Assembly (NCBI GenBank): GCA_000091205.1 | Contig: AP006502.2 | From: Cyanidioschyzon merolae | Taxonomy: Eukaryota | DNA: 64,000 nucleotides | Reading direction: 5' to 3' (one strand) | Part shown: piece after piece, positions 45,665 to 55,880 of the stretch | Numbering within the stretch: the first letter of the stretch is position 1 | Layout: each line of letters opens with the position of its first letter | Made by a program: the position numbers and the translations under genes | Notes under the pieces: generated by a model | Database searches by the model: none | Seen by the model: only the letters and a program-made list of their open reading frames with translations | What the model was told of the DNA's origin: nothing

Positions 45665-46591
45665 TCATGCTAATGGTTCAATCCCGCCATTGCGTTGCCA
45701 AGTATCCACAATCTCAACGGTTAGTAAAACTAGCCGCGTTGACTGGTTCAGAATCGCAGACTCTAAAGGAGACCTCTGGCTGGTTGAAGTCCCGATCGAG
45801 GTACCGGGCGCCTGGGGCATCGACTTGAGCTGCAGCTGCTGCTCCAGACGTATTCGAGCGAGATCATAGCCGGCTCGTGCTGCATCTACAATGGACTGCA
45901 CGAAGCGATCAAACTGGTCAGGAACTCGGAACTCCTCCGTGATCGCTCGATTCCGACTGGACTGTTCAGACGGGGCCTCCGGCGGCATGCGATCGCGAGG
46001 AAAGTTCACATAGCGAAGCACCTTGAAGACCAGCGTTAGCCATATCGTGCGCAGCTCTACTTCATCAGCTTCTAGTGGACGAGGGAGTTCGCCACTAGCG
46101 CTTCGGTTTCCAGAACGAAGTGACTCGGCACCGACGCGGCGGAGCTCGATTTCTAGCGCATCCAGCGAGTAACCAAGGCGGTAGGCCCGAACAGTGGAGG
46201 CAATAAACGACCGTAGTGCAGCAACATACGGCACGCCACTTTGCGGTAAGCATGCGTTGAGAAACGCCTCGTGGATGGCTCCCGCCACCCCGTTGACGTC
46301 ATCGTTCTCAGCGGCGGAGGATAACACCAGCCGATAGACTACGCCGCGAGGTGACGCAGATTGGTGCAGTGCTTTCCGGTGGCCTCTCCAGTGTAGCTCG
46401 GCGCTACCGAAGCTTGGCACGAAAGCCCCTGGTGCCAACGGGCAACCCATACCTCCAGATAAAGGCATCAGCTGAGTGCGTAGCGTGCGTTGCGGCAAAG
46501 CGGCAACCCGTCGGCCTCCAGCGTGCAAGTGCGTTCCTGCCGCTGCAAATGAAGCCGTTCGTCGTAGCGTGCTCATTGCAAAGCAGAGCAT
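45665..46591 (-). CDS. Hypothetical protein (308 aa) with an S/T/R-rich N-terminus that may be an organelle presequence.
   Basis: The ORF is long with balanced composition and has no recognisable motif. Confidence 0.35.
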   Translation of the reverse strand: MLCFAMSTLRRTASFAAAGTHLHAGGRRVAALPQRTLRTQLMPLSGGMGCPLAPGAFVPSFGSAELHWRGHRKALHQSASPRGVVYRLVLSSAAENDDVNGVAGAIHEAFLNACLPQSGVPYVAALRSFIASTVRAYRLGYSLDALEIELRRVGAESLRSGNRSASGELPRPLEADEVELRTIWLTLVFKVLRYVNFPRDRMPPEAPSEQSSRNRAITEEFRVPDQFDRFVQSIVDAARAGYDLARIRLEQQLQLKSMPQAPGTSIGTSTSQRSPLESAILNQSTRLVLLTVEIVDTWQRNGGIEPLA

Positions 46592-47841
46592 TGGCGGTAC
46601 ACCCTTTCACGTTTCCGTTATCGCTCTTAGCAGGGACAGCAACTCCACGCAGAAGCTGCGAAGCAAGCAAGTACCCGCTGTAGCTCAAGGCGGACGCCAG
46701 CGCTCGACGCGTGCCTCGGGATCTTCGCACGCGCGCCTGCGCTGCCGTTGGGCAGCCGCAGGTCGCTTATGATCGATGGTTTTTTTCGATGACAAAACGT
46801 TTCCATGGACTGCGGAAAACAGATTGCGGGTAGGTAATGGCAATCGAAGAAGCGTCCATCATGGTGCTACGCCCTATCTAAAAGTTCTATTACTTATAAT
46901 TCCCTTCGGATGAAATGGTCGTTTCGTGCGTTCTCTCTTTCGCCGAGTGCCTACCGCGAGCACCCGCCGTCGCGCGTATACCGCTGGTGCGCATGCCCCA
47001 CCGAGACAGAACCGCCTTTCTATGCTACTGAGGGCGTCCGCTCGAAGGATGATTCACCTGACACAGAATCAGGGCTCATTATCATTCTGGGAGCCTGCAA
47101 GCTGCGAGGCAGATATGCCGCTTGGGGCAGAGCGAAGCGATACACTAGGAGTCTACCGCGATCAGGACGACGCCCAGACACAGCATCCCGCTCCTAGTCT
47201 CCGAATATACTGCGCGTTGACGAGTTGCTCAGGTCTCGCTAAAGCACCAGCTACTGCAGAGTCGCATGAAGCACGAGTCGGGGAGACTCGTCCGGCTCGC
47301 GGGACCACCTGCCAATAAGATAAACTTTCGATAATATGGAAACCATTTCCCCTTTTAACGGTTATCGTTGAGGGCTGCGCAATTTTCATCATGTTGCTCG
47401 TTAGTGGTTCGTCTATGTTCTTTTGTCTGCAGCGCAGTCCATACGCGCACACCCGTATCTTGTAGGCATCAGACAAGACGCGTATCAGGCGGTTGAAAGG
47501 AAACGCGATCCTGACCATGAGCTTGTAGCTCTATGGTAAAAGACGTATTAGGGTTGAAGACGTAGCAAAGTATAGTGTTTTATCCCAATTGTGCTCCAAC
47601 ACTCAAGATAGTGTATTCATGTGATTTTTCACGGTTTATAGCAGAAGCGTTCGAAGTACGTTCTTTTTCTAAAAATAAAAATAAAGTTGTGGAAATAGAA
47701 GTGGAAGATCCTGGAGAGCTGGTATCCCCGGTTGCCGGAAACAGACGAATAACATTGCGGAGCAAAGAGGAATCGGGGAAGACGAAGAAGCAAAAAGGGG
47801 AGGCCCGACGCCGAAAGCTGCAAGAAAGACGATAATGCGAC

Positions 47842-49551
47842 GTGATGGTGGTGAAAGCCTGTCTTCTTAAACATATCAAGGATCCTTACAGGGAAAAGTT
47901 GCGAGACGCTATCAGAAACCGTATCGACTCGTACTCCAAGAGCATCGTCAAGGCGTCGTCAGGTCTGATGCATTTGGCGAGGGGGATGTATCGCGACGTG
48001 AAGCACATGGAAACAGTCGAGATTCCGGACGAGTTTTTCGATAAGACCTTTAGTCGTCAGCTGATGTTTGGCACAGGGGAAGCTCCGAGGGAAAATGAGC
48101 GAATGCATGCCCTCCACGAGAAACATCCCTTTTACAGGTTCGAGGGTAATCGAAACAAGGGGGACTGGGGTATTTACGACAATGGGGCGATGAAGTACCT
48201 CACGAATCTGAAAAACCATTTGACAGTGAACCTCGAACGTTTCATGATACGCGCCGTGTTTGCGCTCCACCCGGGCATCTCTCGCAATGGAAAATGGGCG
48301 ATTATCAGTGGCATCATGAAAGATCGCAAGCATGAAGACGAGATCGAATTTGTCGGAGAAAAGGCGTCAAACGAGAGCACGAGTGAGGATTCCGTCATCC
48401 GCGCGGTTATACAAGAGCATCGTGCAGTCTCGGGGCTGACGAACCCAGCAGAAAATGTATTAGATTTGAAAAAAGATAAGGAAAGATACTATCGCCTCGT
48501 CCTGCGCTATTTCGTGTTTTTGGACCGTGAACTCGAATGCAAGGCAGAGATGAAGCTGAATGGGACAAAAAATGAAGATTCGGGGAGACGGAAGGCTGCG
48601 CTTCTGGGTAAGCGCTTCAACGTCGTTCCGTTATGCAACATCAAGTCACATTTTGACACCATCGACTCCAGAATCGCTCACGGCAGCATAAAGGAGATCA
48701 GTCCGGAGTTCGATGTAAGGAGGACAGAGTTCACTGGTGGAAACCGGGAGACGTACTGGAAGAACATCTTCAATTTCAAACGGCTCAAAGTCAGCAAACA
48801 AAAGGTATTCACTGGGATGATCGAAAACAATGGGGTAGCCATGTGTGTCCACTATCGGCGGTCGAAGGTGGATCGCCCAATCGTGCCTTTCGCTTCGCCC
48901 TCTGCGAAGCATGAAGAAAGCAAAGAGGCGGATCCTGTGATGCAGGAGGTGCAGGATAACGACTCTGTCGTTGGCGCGGACCCGGGGAACACGAACATCG
49001 TAACCATCGCAGTACCCAAGCACGGGGTATATGGTAACGACGGCAATTTACGTCAGAAAGACATGCGTCTTTTGAGAATCTCGAGAGCGAGATGCTACCG
49101 AGAATCCGGTATAATGAATGTGAGGAAGAAAATTTCTGCATGGGATGCAGGAATGAAGGATCACCTGGAAGCCACGAGCGCGGTGACGAGCCGAGAAGCA
49201 GACTTTAAAGCTTTTCGGAAATTCGTGGAAGTTCGTGTTGCGCATTGGGATGCCCTGTGGGAGGAGTATACCGAGCCCAGATGGGCTCGTTTGCGTATGA
49301 ATCTATACTGTGGAAAGCAGCGGGCGTTCGCGAATTTTTTCAATGAGTTGAGCGCCTTGAAGGAGGATGAAAATCAGAGGCTAGTAGTAGCATACGGAGC
49401 AGGGCGATGGACGACCCAAAAAGGGTGTACACCAGCTCCAACGACGAGGGTGTACAAGGAGTGCGCACGGCGTTTCGTTACGAACCCGGTAGATGAGTTT
49501 CGAACATCGTATACACACCATGAACTGTGGTGTACACTTCAGAGGGTCTAG
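47842..49551 (+). CDS. Fanzor-like protein (eukaryotic TnpB/OMEGA-family RuvC nuclease homologue). This is the main ORF body, and it is interrupted at the C-terminus.
   Basis: A ~380-aa N-terminal region precedes the RuvC-I-like motif [16 protein letters not shown], whose Asp codon is at 48979-48981. Near the end, [15 protein letters not shown] resembles the TnpB TS-x-C zinc-finger lead-in. The ORF ends at an in-frame TAG (49549-49551). An in-frame TAA at 47833 separates it from an upstream 86-codon ORF with a K/R-rich NLS-like tail. Confidence 0.7.
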   Translation: MMVVKACLLKHIKDPYREKLRDAIRNRIDSYSKSIVKASSGLMHLARGMYRDVKHMETVEIPDEFFDKTFSRQLMFGTGEAPRENERMHALHEKHPFYRFEGNRNKGDWGIYDNGAMKYLTNLKNHLTVNLERFMIRAVFALHPGISRNGKWAIISGIMKDRKHEDEIEFVGEKASNESTSEDSVIRAVIQEHRAVSGLTNPAENVLDLKKDKERYYRLVLRYFVFLDRELECKAEMKLNGTKNEDSGRRKAALLGKRFNVVPLCNIKSHFDTIDSRIAHGSIKEISPEFDVRRTEFTGGNRETYWKNIFNFKRLKVSKQKVFTGMIENNGVAMCVHYRRSKVDRPIVPFASPSAKHEESKEADPVMQEVQDNDSVVGADPGNTNIVTIAVPKHGVYGNDGNLRQKDMRLLRISRARCYRESGIMNVRKKISAWDAGMKDHLEATSAVTSREADFKAFRKFVEVRVAHWDALWEEYTEPRWARLRMNLYCGKQRAFANFFNELSALKEDENQRLVVAYGAGRWTTQKGCTPAPTTRVYKECARRFVTNPVDEFRTSYTHHELWCTLQRV

Positions 49552-49763
49552 ATGGAAAAGTGTCCGGGGAGCCCCGAGGATATAGCAAAGTACGGACCGC
49601 TGACAGACGAGCAAATGGAAAGGATAACGAAAGTGCGCAGGCTACTTGCATTAGTGAGTAAACTCCTAACGGCACGAAACAGGTGGAGTTTGTGAACCGA
49701 GACTTGAACGCCGCTATCAATGTAAGGAGATGTGCGGTACTGGAGAATAGACCTCCAGACTAA
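49552..49763 (+). other. Displaced C-terminal segment of the Fanzor/TnpB-like gene carrying the RuvC-III motif. It reads as either a pseudogene tail or an exon after short introns.
   Basis: In the frame of positions divisible by 3, codons 49683..49763 read VEFVNRDLNAAINVRRCAVLENRPPD*, with RDLNAAINV being the canonical TnpB/Fanzor RuvC-III motif. It is separated from the main ORF by the TAG. A 29-nt GTGAGT..CTAAC..AG element (49654-49682) would splice frame 1 into this frame in phase. Confidence 0.6.
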
Positions 49764-50020
49764 ACAAGAGGGAACTTTGATGGACAATTCTGAAAGTTTT
49801 ACTATATGAGAAAAAGTTGGAAGCAGTTGTGGGTGGCCGGTCGAACAAGTCTGGCAGGCGTCTGCACATCAGTTGGAGACGTTTCGTTTAGGGTGTGTCG
49901 TTCGCCACTACTGTACACTGCCGGCAGCATCGTTCGACTTTAGATAGGCGTTTGGTGTTGGCTGCGTCTTAGACCTATAACGAGGCAGACCGATACGAAG
50001 CTCGGTGAAAGGAGCCGTTT

Positions 50021-51781
50021 ATGGGTCCCGCCGCTGCTCAGCCGCCACAGCTGGCGGCGCACGGACTCGACGAGAGCGGCTCGTTCCGGGACTCGGGCAC
50101 CGGCGTCTTTGAAGACAGCTACACTGCACAAGGCGGTTTCGCAGAGCTTAAAGCTCAGCCGCTGTCGGAAGCGTCGATGCCTCGACGTAAACATCAGACT
50201 GAAAGAGGAAAACTTGGCCGAGTAGACGGATTGTTCGAGGAGGCGCCCCCCGGTGACTCGGTTGTTATAGATACCGTCACTGCAGAAAACGGTTCCAGCT
50301 CGGCACGTAGGAGGTTTGAGTGGCGGTTGGCACTCCGTAAGCTCGGTCCGGCTTTTCTAATCTCAATCGGGTACATGGATCCGGGAAACTGGGCTACGGA
50401 TATCGAGGGCGGCTCACGTTTCGGCTATCGGCTGCTGTGGGTGCTGGTTGTCTCCAACGTCATGGCGTGGCTGCTACAAACGCTTGCTTCACGCCTGGGT
50501 ATCGTGACAGGTCGCCATTTGGCACAGCTGTGTCGCGAGGCGTATCCGCGCATCATCGCGATGACGCTGTTCGCGCTCGCCGAAACAGCGATCATCGCTA
50601 CGGACCTGGCGGAAGTCATTGGAACGGCCGTTGGCTTGAATTTGGTCTTGGGTATCCCGCTCCTGCTCGGTATCCTGGTGACAACGCTCGACACGCTCCT
50701 GCTTCTGATGGCACAGCGTGCTGGTGGGCTACGTCGGATCGAACAAATTGTCCTATCTTTGTTATTCGTCATCACGATATGCTTCGCATTGGAGCTGGTA
50801 TTGAGCAAACCCAGTTTCATCCAAATGATTGGAGGGCTGGTACCGCGTATCGACGGGCAAAGCCTTCTGGTTGCTCTAGGTATGTTGGGCGCGACGGTGA
50901 TGCCGCACAATTTCTACCTCCACTCCGCCATTGTGATTCGTGATGCGACTGTGAGGCGCCCTGCCGACTCGTGCGTGTCCACGTCGGCGACACGCACGGC
51001 AGACGGGACAGCGCATAACGGACACGACTTGGCAGGCTGCACTGATGATTCGGATCGCGGGCGCGAACTCGAGTGCGTCTATTCAGCGATCGACTGTGCG
51101 GTTGCGCTGAATGCGGCGTTCTTTATTAATGCGGCGATTCTTATCACAGCGGCATCCTCTTTTTGGGCGAATCACGTGCAAGTGGCGACCTTGCAGGAAG
51201 CACATGCCCTTTTAGAGCGCGTGCTACCCATTCGTCTCTGGGGTCGCGTGGAAGTTGCGCCGCTCGTCTTTGGGATCGCTTTGATCGCAGCAGGCCAGTC
51301 AAGTACCATCACCGGAACACTCGCCGGCCAGTATGTCATGGAGGGCTTTCTAGGACTTTCTCTGCAGATGTGGCAACAGCGATTACTGACGCGGCTATGC
51401 GCGGTCGTGCCGAGCGTGCTGGTTATCATCCTACTTGGGCCCGAGAGCACCTACAGGCTCTTAATTCTTTCCCAGGTAGTTCTATCGCTTCAGCTGCCAT
51501 TCGCGATTGTGCCCATGATTCGATTCACTGGGAGCAAGGCACTCATGGGTGAGCGGTTTGCCTCGGGAATGTGGACTCGTATCTGTGCCTGGTGCGCTGC
51601 TGCGTTCATCATCGTACTGAACCTGTGGATGGCTGGCTCGATGCTCTTCGATGCCTTCCGGGTGCAGTCTGGTCGAACTGCTGGCGCAGTCGTTGGCGGT
51701 GTTCTCGCCGTTCCGCTCACCATCTATCTTCTCGGTGTACTGGTCTGGCTGTGTATGTACAGAGGGTTTAGAAATGAATGA
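50021..51781 (+). CDS. NRAMP: NRAMP-family divalent metal transporter (MntH/DMT1-like).
   Basis: The NRAMP motifs are IGYMDPGNWATDIEGG and MPHNFYLHSA. The ORF has about 11-12 TM helices and stops at TGA. Confidence 0.9.
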   Translation: MGPAAAQPPQLAAHGLDESGSFRDSGTGVFEDSYTAQGGFAELKAQPLSEASMPRRKHQTERGKLGRVDGLFEEAPPGDSVVIDTVTAENGSSSARRRFEWRLALRKLGPAFLISIGYMDPGNWATDIEGGSRFGYRLLWVLVVSNVMAWLLQTLASRLGIVTGRHLAQLCREAYPRIIAMTLFALAETAIIATDLAEVIGTAVGLNLVLGIPLLLGILVTTLDTLLLLMAQRAGGLRRIEQIVLSLLFVITICFALELVLSKPSFIQMIGGLVPRIDGQSLLVALGMLGATVMPHNFYLHSAIVIRDATVRRPADSCVSTSATRTADGTAHNGHDLAGCTDDSDRGRELECVYSAIDCAVALNAAFFINAAILITAASSFWANHVQVATLQEAHALLERVLPIRLWGRVEVAPLVFGIALIAAGQSSTITGTLAGQYVMEGFLGLSLQMWQQRLLTRLCAVVPSVLVIILLGPESTYRLLILSQVVLSLQLPFAIVPMIRFTGSKALMGERFASGMWTRICAWCAAAFIIVLNLWMAGSMLFDAFRVQSGRTAGAVVGGVLAVPLTIYLLGVLVWLCMYRGFRNE

Positions 51782-52145
51782 TCAGCGTAAAATTTGGCGG
51801 TCGTCTCACCGGCAGCGCTATGCGGTGCACGCCGCCGCGATTGATGCCGTCGAGGCTGCCGTCCGCGGCGACGAAGTACCAGCCTGGATCAGACGAACCT
51901 GCGACCTCGTCAGCGCTGCGTTCGCGATGGAACAGGATCCGATCCGTATGGATCAGCACACACTCTAAACGAAGACGAAACCTATACCGTGGGGCGTCTT
52001 TCCGAATTTGGCGTCCTTCTTCGCGGCAATGCCCACGGTCCACCGACGGCAGGGGCAGCGACAGTCCAACGCCAAACACGTAACGACGCTTTTGTGACCC
52101 GAAAAGCACAAAAACGAAGCTGAGCATCTGGCGCCGCAGTGTCCA

Positions 52146-52922
52146 CTAGGCGGACGGCAATGTCGGGCGATTCGCGAGCAGCCACTCGACAACACAATGC
52201 ACGCCATACCCGGTGAGCGCGTCAACGTGCTGGAGCGCGACAGGTCCCACGGCGCCCTTCTTTGTCACGCCTTCGATGAGTCGCGTGAGCGCTTCTTCCC
52301 AATGAGGAGCGGCATCCTCAAATTGGCCTCCATGGAGCCTGTTGATCACCAGGATAAGCGGCCGCTTTGGCGACGGCTGCGAATGCTTGGACCCAGCGTC
52401 GGCGATACCGTGACGACTGCATCCCGCTTCGGCGACGGACGCAGCGGCAGAGGGGGCAAGGTGCTCGCAGGTCTCCTGCAGTGCCGCGATGCACTCTTCT
52501 ATCCGAGTTGCATCAGATCCGTCGATGACCCATACCACGGCATCAGCCTGTTGCAGATACCTACCCCAAAGAAAACGGAAAGAGGCGTCCCCGCCGAGGT
52601 CCAAGAGCACCCAAGTAACCTCCGGACCGTTGGCCGCACTCGTGACCGAGAAGCGGTCGAGTCCCACGGTCGGAATATAGCGCTCTCGTTGGCCATCAAC
52701 TGAACCATTGGAGTCTGGGTGCACGGGTTCGGCAACCCAGCGCTGCGCAACGGCGGCGACGGGGTGCGCGTTCGAGCTCGGTACCTCACCCGCTAGCCTC
52801 TTGCGAATCGCGCGTACTAGCGTCGACTTTCCCGAACCCTTCAGTCCTAAGAAGACAACTCGATAGGGTGGATGCCTCTCTACCCAAAATGTGTTAGCAA
52901 GACTCGAAAGCAGTCCAAACAT
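52146..52922 (-). CDS. Atypical ARF/SAR/SR-beta-like small GTPase.
   Basis: An N-terminal amphipathic helix is present. G1 is GLKGSGKST and G3 is LLDLGGD. G4 NKxD is replaced by a divergent sequence, and there is a ~35-aa insertion after G1. Confidence 0.55.
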   Translation of the reverse strand: MFGLLSSLANTFWVERHPPYRVVFLGLKGSGKSTLVRAIRKRLAGEVPSSNAHPVAAVAQRWVAEPVHPDSNGSVDGQRERYIPTVGLDRFSVTSAANGPEVTWVLLDLGGDASFRFLWGRYLQQADAVVWVIDGSDATRIEECIAALQETCEHLAPSAAASVAEAGCSRHGIADAGSKHSQPSPKRPLILVINRLHGGQFEDAAPHWEEALTRLIEGVTKKGAVGPVALQHVDALTGYGVHCVVEWLLANRPTLPSA

Positions 52923-53383
52923 GCGGCGTTCGTTGCACGTCCCTTCGGCGCGAGTCTGGTGCTCCCTGGCCGCTCACGAACGTCCTCTGTGACCAGCAAA
53001 CGGGGTCGCGCTGCCTCAACCAGAGCGTCTTGCCCGTAGAAGGCATGGACTTTGCTCAAACTCGTACAAGTGCCTAGCGGTGGTACTCAGCACGTGCGAC
53101 CAGGCAAGCAGCGGCAGCAGCAGCAGAAGCGAAAACATCGATCATTCGGTCTGTCGAGTCGCGCACCCGCAAACGCCACCTACCTCCGCGGCACCCGAGC
53201 TCGGCAGAAGTTCTCTTGCTGCATCGACGGCACGGCGCTGTCGAAGCGTTCAAGGTAAGTATGCTGTTGGAGATGAAAGTCAGGTCTATGAGGTCAGTGT
53301 TTAGCACTGTGCCTCATTTCGTGCCCGGAGACCTGACGTCAGCATTCGTGATAGACTGAACTAGCGCACTGGACTACCCGCTT

Positions 53384-54161
53384 TGTCCCTGTCATGCGAA
53401 TGTTATTTCCGAGGTATTCTAGGTGTACAGCATCGAAATTGTCTGTGTACCAAGTGGAGCACACGGATTCATGTGTAGGTCCAGGATTCGCGGTGGTCTT
53501 TTTCTCGGAATACGCCTTCGACGCTTTGCCGTCGGCGTTCGCGACGTCATCGGAATCGAGATGATTCGCGACGCTCTCCGAGAACACTTCAAGAAAGTAA
53601 CCCGTATCATTATGCAGGGCATGCGTACGGGCCCCGGCGATTCTCCGTTGCGTACATGGAGCATGCCCAAACCGCGCATGCTCCAAGATACCGATCTCTG
53701 TTTCAGGACAGCTTGTGGGCGCAGCAGTGCTTGCCGCAGGACTGACGCGGAATAAATCGGGGTATCGTCCCGTGACGCCTTTTTCGCAAGCACATACCAA
53801 GCGTTCACTGAAAATCACTTGTGAACTGTTCGTAGACTCCGTTCGAAGCACACATCCTCGATTCCGTGTGGGCATCCACGACGCGCCATTTGACACCAGC
53901 GTGATGCCTCGTGCCTTGAACAGTACTCACCCTGACAACGGGCGAAATCGGGACTGGAAAGCCACCATCACCATCTTTTGACTGCCGAGCACGAAGCCGG
54001 CGAGAAAAGAAAAACCGGCGTGCTACGAGCTGGAGATAGTCGGGCGGAAACGGCATCGGTGTCGGAAGAGCGCGCAACGGCTTGTGTTGATGCGCATTGG
54101 CAGAGACTCGAACGCTAGCGCATACGCCTATGTTGCTACGCCTGTTCCATTTTATACTGAC
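53384..54161 (+). repeat. 778-bp dispersed repeat, copy B, the partner of 42551..43328.
   Basis: Same as copy A. Its ORF copy is 53339..53896 on the minus strand, which diverges once outside the repeat. Confidence 0.9.
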
Positions 54162-54751
54162 ATTTGCTGAGCACGTTCCCCGCTGAATACCGGCGGGTCG
54201 GCGGCGTGCATGCACTGCTCTACGGAATGTTCGGCTGATGTTGTCAGCGCAGCAGACGTCTTAAACAAACATTCGACGCGGTCGTGGTCCGCTTGGCTCG
54301 AACGCTCGACTAAAGGAAGAGGCTCGAACAGGCGTCCAGCCACTCTGTCTGGCAGGTGCCATCTATTTACCAAGTACCAGCGGAGAATCTTGATTTTATG
54401 CCCACGTACTCTGCTGCAAGAACACCTATTGCCTCGTGTACTAGTCGTTCCGAGCGAATGCCCACGCGTACGGCGTATAGGCAACGCTTTCTCCCGCCCC
54501 GGCGCCAGCCAGCTGTACGAGAAAAGCACGTCACGCACCAAGCAGGTCACCACCTGTCTGCCGGGGATGCTCCCGACGGGCAAGAACCACTTGTGTCGAT
54601 CGTAATGGTAAACCAGCAGTGCCAGCATAACAGACGTCAGGCCGCGAACCCTCCACGCACACACACACAGTCGCTGTTTGACTGATACTGTCCTGTCGAG
54701 AAAGCGTCCTCGTCTGCCCAGCTACGCAGCTCCGGAGCGCCGTCCAACGAC

Positions 54752-55294
54752 TCACTCAAACTCGAGCTCCTCCTCCTCCTCGCTGCCGCTACCCGACACG
54801 GCTTCCATGGCGGCTTTGCGAGTTTCCGACTGGATGTACAAGATAATCAGGAACGCAACAGGGATCAGAGTGCCCAGGAACACCGCCAAGTACGCACCGA
54901 ACTGCACGGTCATACCGCTCTCCTCTGCGGCGTATCCCATCGAAGGAAGTGCCCACATAGCCGCCGCGAGCGACACCGCTGACGCAACTGGCGAACCTGA
55001 CTGCGCCTCCGGGGCACGTGTCGCACCAGCAACGCGCTGCTGCTGCTGCTGCTGCTTCAGCAAAACGGCGGCGCGCGTGCAGCCAACAGCTCGGTGAACG
55101 CGCATCGTCGAGCGGCTCGGTAGGGGTGCTCGCACCCTTTGCTTCAGCACAAGCCGCGACTTTGATGAATATCCAACCAAGTTTGTCACAAACAACGTGT
55201 TCATCGCTGCAACTTCTGTAGTGAGGCTTGACGAAGCGCGGCTTGCGATAGAGACAACCGCAGCACGCTCAGACAGCGATGGCGATCGCGGCAC
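54752..55294 (-). CDS. Small single-pass membrane protein with an S/R-rich presequence, a Q6 run and an acidic C-terminal tail. It may be organelle-targeted.
   Basis: The ORF is 180 aa. A TM helix is at GAYLAVFLGTLIPVAFLIILYI, and the tail is SGSGSEEEEELEFE. Confidence 0.4.
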   Translation of the reverse strand: MPRSPSLSERAAVVSIASRASSSLTTEVAAMNTLFVTNLVGYSSKSRLVLKQRVRAPLPSRSTMRVHRAVGCTRAAVLLKQQQQQQRVAGATRAPEAQSGSPVASAVSLAAAMWALPSMGYAAEESGMTVQFGAYLAVFLGTLIPVAFLIILYIQSETRKAAMEAVSGSGSEEEEELEFE

Positions 55295-55840
55295 AGCGGG
55301 CCGAGCATCGCAGGCAGCGCAGCAGGCACCGGGGCCGCGAGATCACCACGGAGGAGGCGCGGAGGCGCGGAGGCACTGCCGCTGTACCTGCCGCTCGCGT
55401 CTCCGCGGCCCAGCAGCGGATCGCGAGGCGCGGCTGCCTGCTGCGCAGCCTGCGCTGCCAGGATGCTACACCACATCGCTGCGTCCACGCGTACCTGTCC
55501 GGGTGCGCGTATCATCATGCTTAGGACCAATGAATGGACCTCATTTTCTCCACAGATGCTCCAGCGTCCCATACAATCCAGATGCGTCTTCTCCCCCCGG
55601 AGGGGGGGGGACGGTTGCAGACCCCTGATGCATCCATGAACACACCCGATATCGAGCCTACTGCGGCTCGTGTCGATGAGGATGGCGCAGAGGTCGGCCT
55701 CAGAGGCGGCAGCTTACGTCCGGGAGTGGCCTCCAGAGCTCCTGGCCTGCAGCGGCATCCGCTCGGTGCGCTCCTCGCCAGCCTGTCGGCTATGTACCGA
55801 TCGGCGGCGCGCCCGGGGCGCCTCGAGCGCGATCCGCCGC

Positions 55841-55880
55841 TGCTGCTGCCTGCTGCTGCCTGCTGCTGCCTGCTGCTGCC
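55841..55880. repeat. (TGCTGCTGCC)4 tandem repeat in a GC-rich intergenic region.
   Basis: Read directly from the sequence. Confidence 0.9.

Larger units (their letters stand above)
47300..49990 (+). mobile_element. AT-rich island carrying a Fanzor/TnpB-like gene. It is a presumed transposon-derived insertion with undefined ends.
   Basis: GC content and codon usage drop sharply against neighbouring host genes (DAHPS, NRAMP). It contains the Fanzor ORF plus 5' and 3' non-coding flanks. No clear TIR or TSD was found by eye. Confidence 0.5.

Noticed and set aside
47833-49551. Stop-codon reassignment (TAA/TAG read as sense) as the explanation for the in-frame stops in the Fanzor gene.
   Set aside because: Conserved host genes in the same window end with TAA (CbbX, DDX3), TAG (ORF 20887..22488) and TGA (RLP24, ALG2, NRAMP) at the expected positions.
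42551-54161. The two 778-bp direct repeats as the 5' and 3' LTRs of a single LTR retrotransposon.
   Set aside because: The internal 10 kb encodes host-type genes (NRAMP, a GTPase) and a TnpB-like gene, not gag or pol. There is no primer-binding site after copy A, no polypurine tract before copy B, and no clear target-site duplication.
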